DNA from: Antedon mediterranea
Taxonomy: Eukaryota > Animalia > Echinodermata
Assembly: GCF_964355755.1 (NCBI RefSeq)
Contig: NC_092680.1
Location: 6,696,001 to 6,760,000 of the forward strand
Reading direction: 5' to 3'
DNA: 64,000 nucleotides
Position 1 is the stretch's first letter, and each line of letters opens with the position of its first letter. Below, one piece after another: positions 62,123 to 64,000 of the stretch. The notes below the pieces were generated by a model that saw only the letters and a program-made list of their open reading frames with translations, ran no database searches and was not told the DNA's origin. Position numbers and translations under genes: made by a program.

Positions 62123-64000
62123 TACAATTTGATGTCTTCACGCACAACATAAACATATAGCAATTATAATACTGAGAAAAGATGATCCTGTTGTGTTAAC
62201 TCTACTAATCTATACTATAGAGTAAAATTAGCAAATGGTAATGTTGGTTCAATGATTTTGAAATAATGGAATAGCACATGGGGATGGAATTCCTGCTGGA
62301 CACCCAAGCCTAGATAGATGTATCCATGGAGACAAATTCCTGTATCTGATATATTCCAGAGACATTCACTTAAACAATAAGATAAAATATGATGATGCAA
62401 AGGACCTGTCCTAATTCCAGACAGCCCACAAATCACATTTGGTTTTGGATCTGAATATATCAGAGAATACTCTATTTGATATTTTACCCATTCTTAAGTG
62501 AACTAATGTTCTTTGAGTATGTTCATAATTTCTCAAAATGTTAATTAAATGTCTAATTAGCACTAATTAAGTGCATTCTTAAGTTAATTTAGCACAGGAA
62601 TGGTCACTTAAGAATTATGGATCTTGGTTTCTGATAGGTCAGAGAACATTTTAGAATTGGTGTGGTCGATATTCTAATTAAATTTGAATTTTAATTATTT
62701 TAACCTTTGACCCATTCTTAAGTGGATTTGGCCCCGGATTTCAAACTTAAGAATGATGAATCCTTAATCAGTATGTTCATAAGTATATGTCATGTGAATT
62801 TCGTTGATGTACTCAAAATGCTAATTAAATGTCTAATTAGCACTAATTAAGTGCGTTCTTAAGTTAATTTAGCACAGGAATGGTCACATAAGAATTATGG
62901 ATCTTGGTTCCTGATAGGTCAGAGAACATTTTAGAATTGGTTTGGTCGATGTACTCGATATGCTAATTAAATTTGAATTTTAATTATTTTAACCTTTGAC
63001 CCATTCTTAAGTGGATTTGGCCCCGGATTTCAAACTTAAGAATGATGAATCCTTAATCAGTATGTTCATAAGTATATGTCATGTGAATTTCGTTGATGTA
63101 CTCAAAATGCTAATTAAATGTCTAATTACTGTAGCACTAATTAAGTGCGTTCTTAAGTTAATTTAGCACAGGAATGGTCACTTAAGAATTATGGATCTTG
63201 ATTCCTGATAGTTAGGAGAACATTTTAGGATTGGTTTGATCGATGTACTCGATATGCTAATTAAATTCAATTTTAGGGGTCATTTGGGTGGTTCCCCCCT
63301 AAAATTGAACAGGACCCGTCACTTAAGAATTGCCATTTCTGGGTCACATAGACCATATCTACACACTCCACACCTCAAACCTTTTGTACTCAAATTGCTA
63401 ATTAAAACCTTCTGGGCTCCCAGACTATTTCTTTGGGCTATGTCCAAGAACGCTTGGGTGCACACGGAACAACAACTGCGATACGATTCTTTCTACAATA
63501 ATAGGCCTAGGATTCTAGGTCAATTCACGTGATTGCCTTCGCGCACTCTTCTTCACACACACGTCCACTATGCAAAATGTGTCGAGGCTAATCGACAGCT
63601 AGGCAAAACATTAAACTAAGTAGTAATTGGACATAGCCCAAAGACACAAGTCACACACACCCACACAGCTACTACTAGAATATACAGGGGTTTAGAGACT
63701 AGTAATTAGGCCTAATAGTATCAATAGAAACTATAATTTTAACACGTAATTCTTTAGTAATAAACTATATTAAAAACACCATAAACTAAAGGCTGATTAT
63801 TTCGACAATCCACACAAAACTCCGCTATTCTATTATGAAATCAGCGGAGATAGGCCTAGAATCGTACCGCACTTCTTGTTGCTATACGCTTGGGTGCACA
63901 CGGAACAAGAAAATTTAACTGATGAATTATTCATGTTTATTCTGTGACGTTTCATGATGGGGTCCCCAACTTATGTACGAAAAAAAAAATCGCTGCCGGG

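Larger units (their letters stand above)
56412..63427 (-). mobile_element. Full-length Academ (AcademX-type) DNA transposon, 7016 bp
   Basis: Termini TAGTCTGGGAGCCCAGAAG...CTTCTGGGCTCCCAGACTA; TTT on both flanks (56409-11, 63428-30); near-identical ~870-bp TIRs (56412-57279 / 62564-63427); one long internal ORF. Confidence 0.88.
53829..64000. repeat. Outer diverged inverted repeat (foldback) hosting the Academ: left arm 53829-53930 plus 55886-56150, right arm ~63645-64000 (runs off window)
   Basis: CGTACATAAGTTGGGGACCCC..TCATCAGTTAAATTTTCTTGTTCCGTG|TGCACCCAAGCGTATAGC..TTCTAGTAGTAGCTGTGTG is reverse-complemented at the right end with scattered mismatches. Confidence 0.85.

Noticed and set aside
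56403-63532. Identical short peptides MIDVLDMLIKF... at 56403..56603 (-) and 63236..63532 (+)
   Set aside because: Mirror images from the Academ TIRs; not genes.

Overview
AT-rich animal genomic DNA (probably an invertebrate; the abundance of TAGGCCTA motifs is echinoderm-like, which is inference only). The minus strand carries coding exons 1-14 of SMG5, an NMD factor of the EST1/SMG5-7 family, from ATG 48132 down to 25405. All 14 exons have GT-AG boundaries and consistent reading phases. The exons for the C-terminal PIN domain were not found, so the next intron appears to exceed 25 kb and run off the left edge. A divergent two-exon plus-strand gene (49672-52460) encodes an unrecognised acidic, low-complexity protein of about 846 aa. 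The rest is transposon-rich. (1) An apparently intact 7.0-kb Academ (AcademX-type) DNA transposon at 56412-63427 has TAG...CTA ends, a TTT TSD, ~870-bp TIRs built from 289-bp repeats, and an uninterrupted 1550-aa transposase-XPG nuclease ORF. It sits inside a nest of other elements. (2) A 3.1-kb P-superfamily element at 28249-31388 has perfect 36-bp TIRs and a 7-bp TSD. It carries a transposase remnant that ends early, plus a convergent gene encoding a PHD finger and a P-transposase C-terminal-like domain. (3) At least seven tiny CA...TG palindromes flanked by 7-bp NTNNNAN duplications look like P-type excision footprints. (4) Also present are a CR1-type LINE, two 5S-rRNA-derived SINEs, Tc1/mariner, Harbinger-like and MULE-like MITEs, and a ~950-bp polypurine tract.
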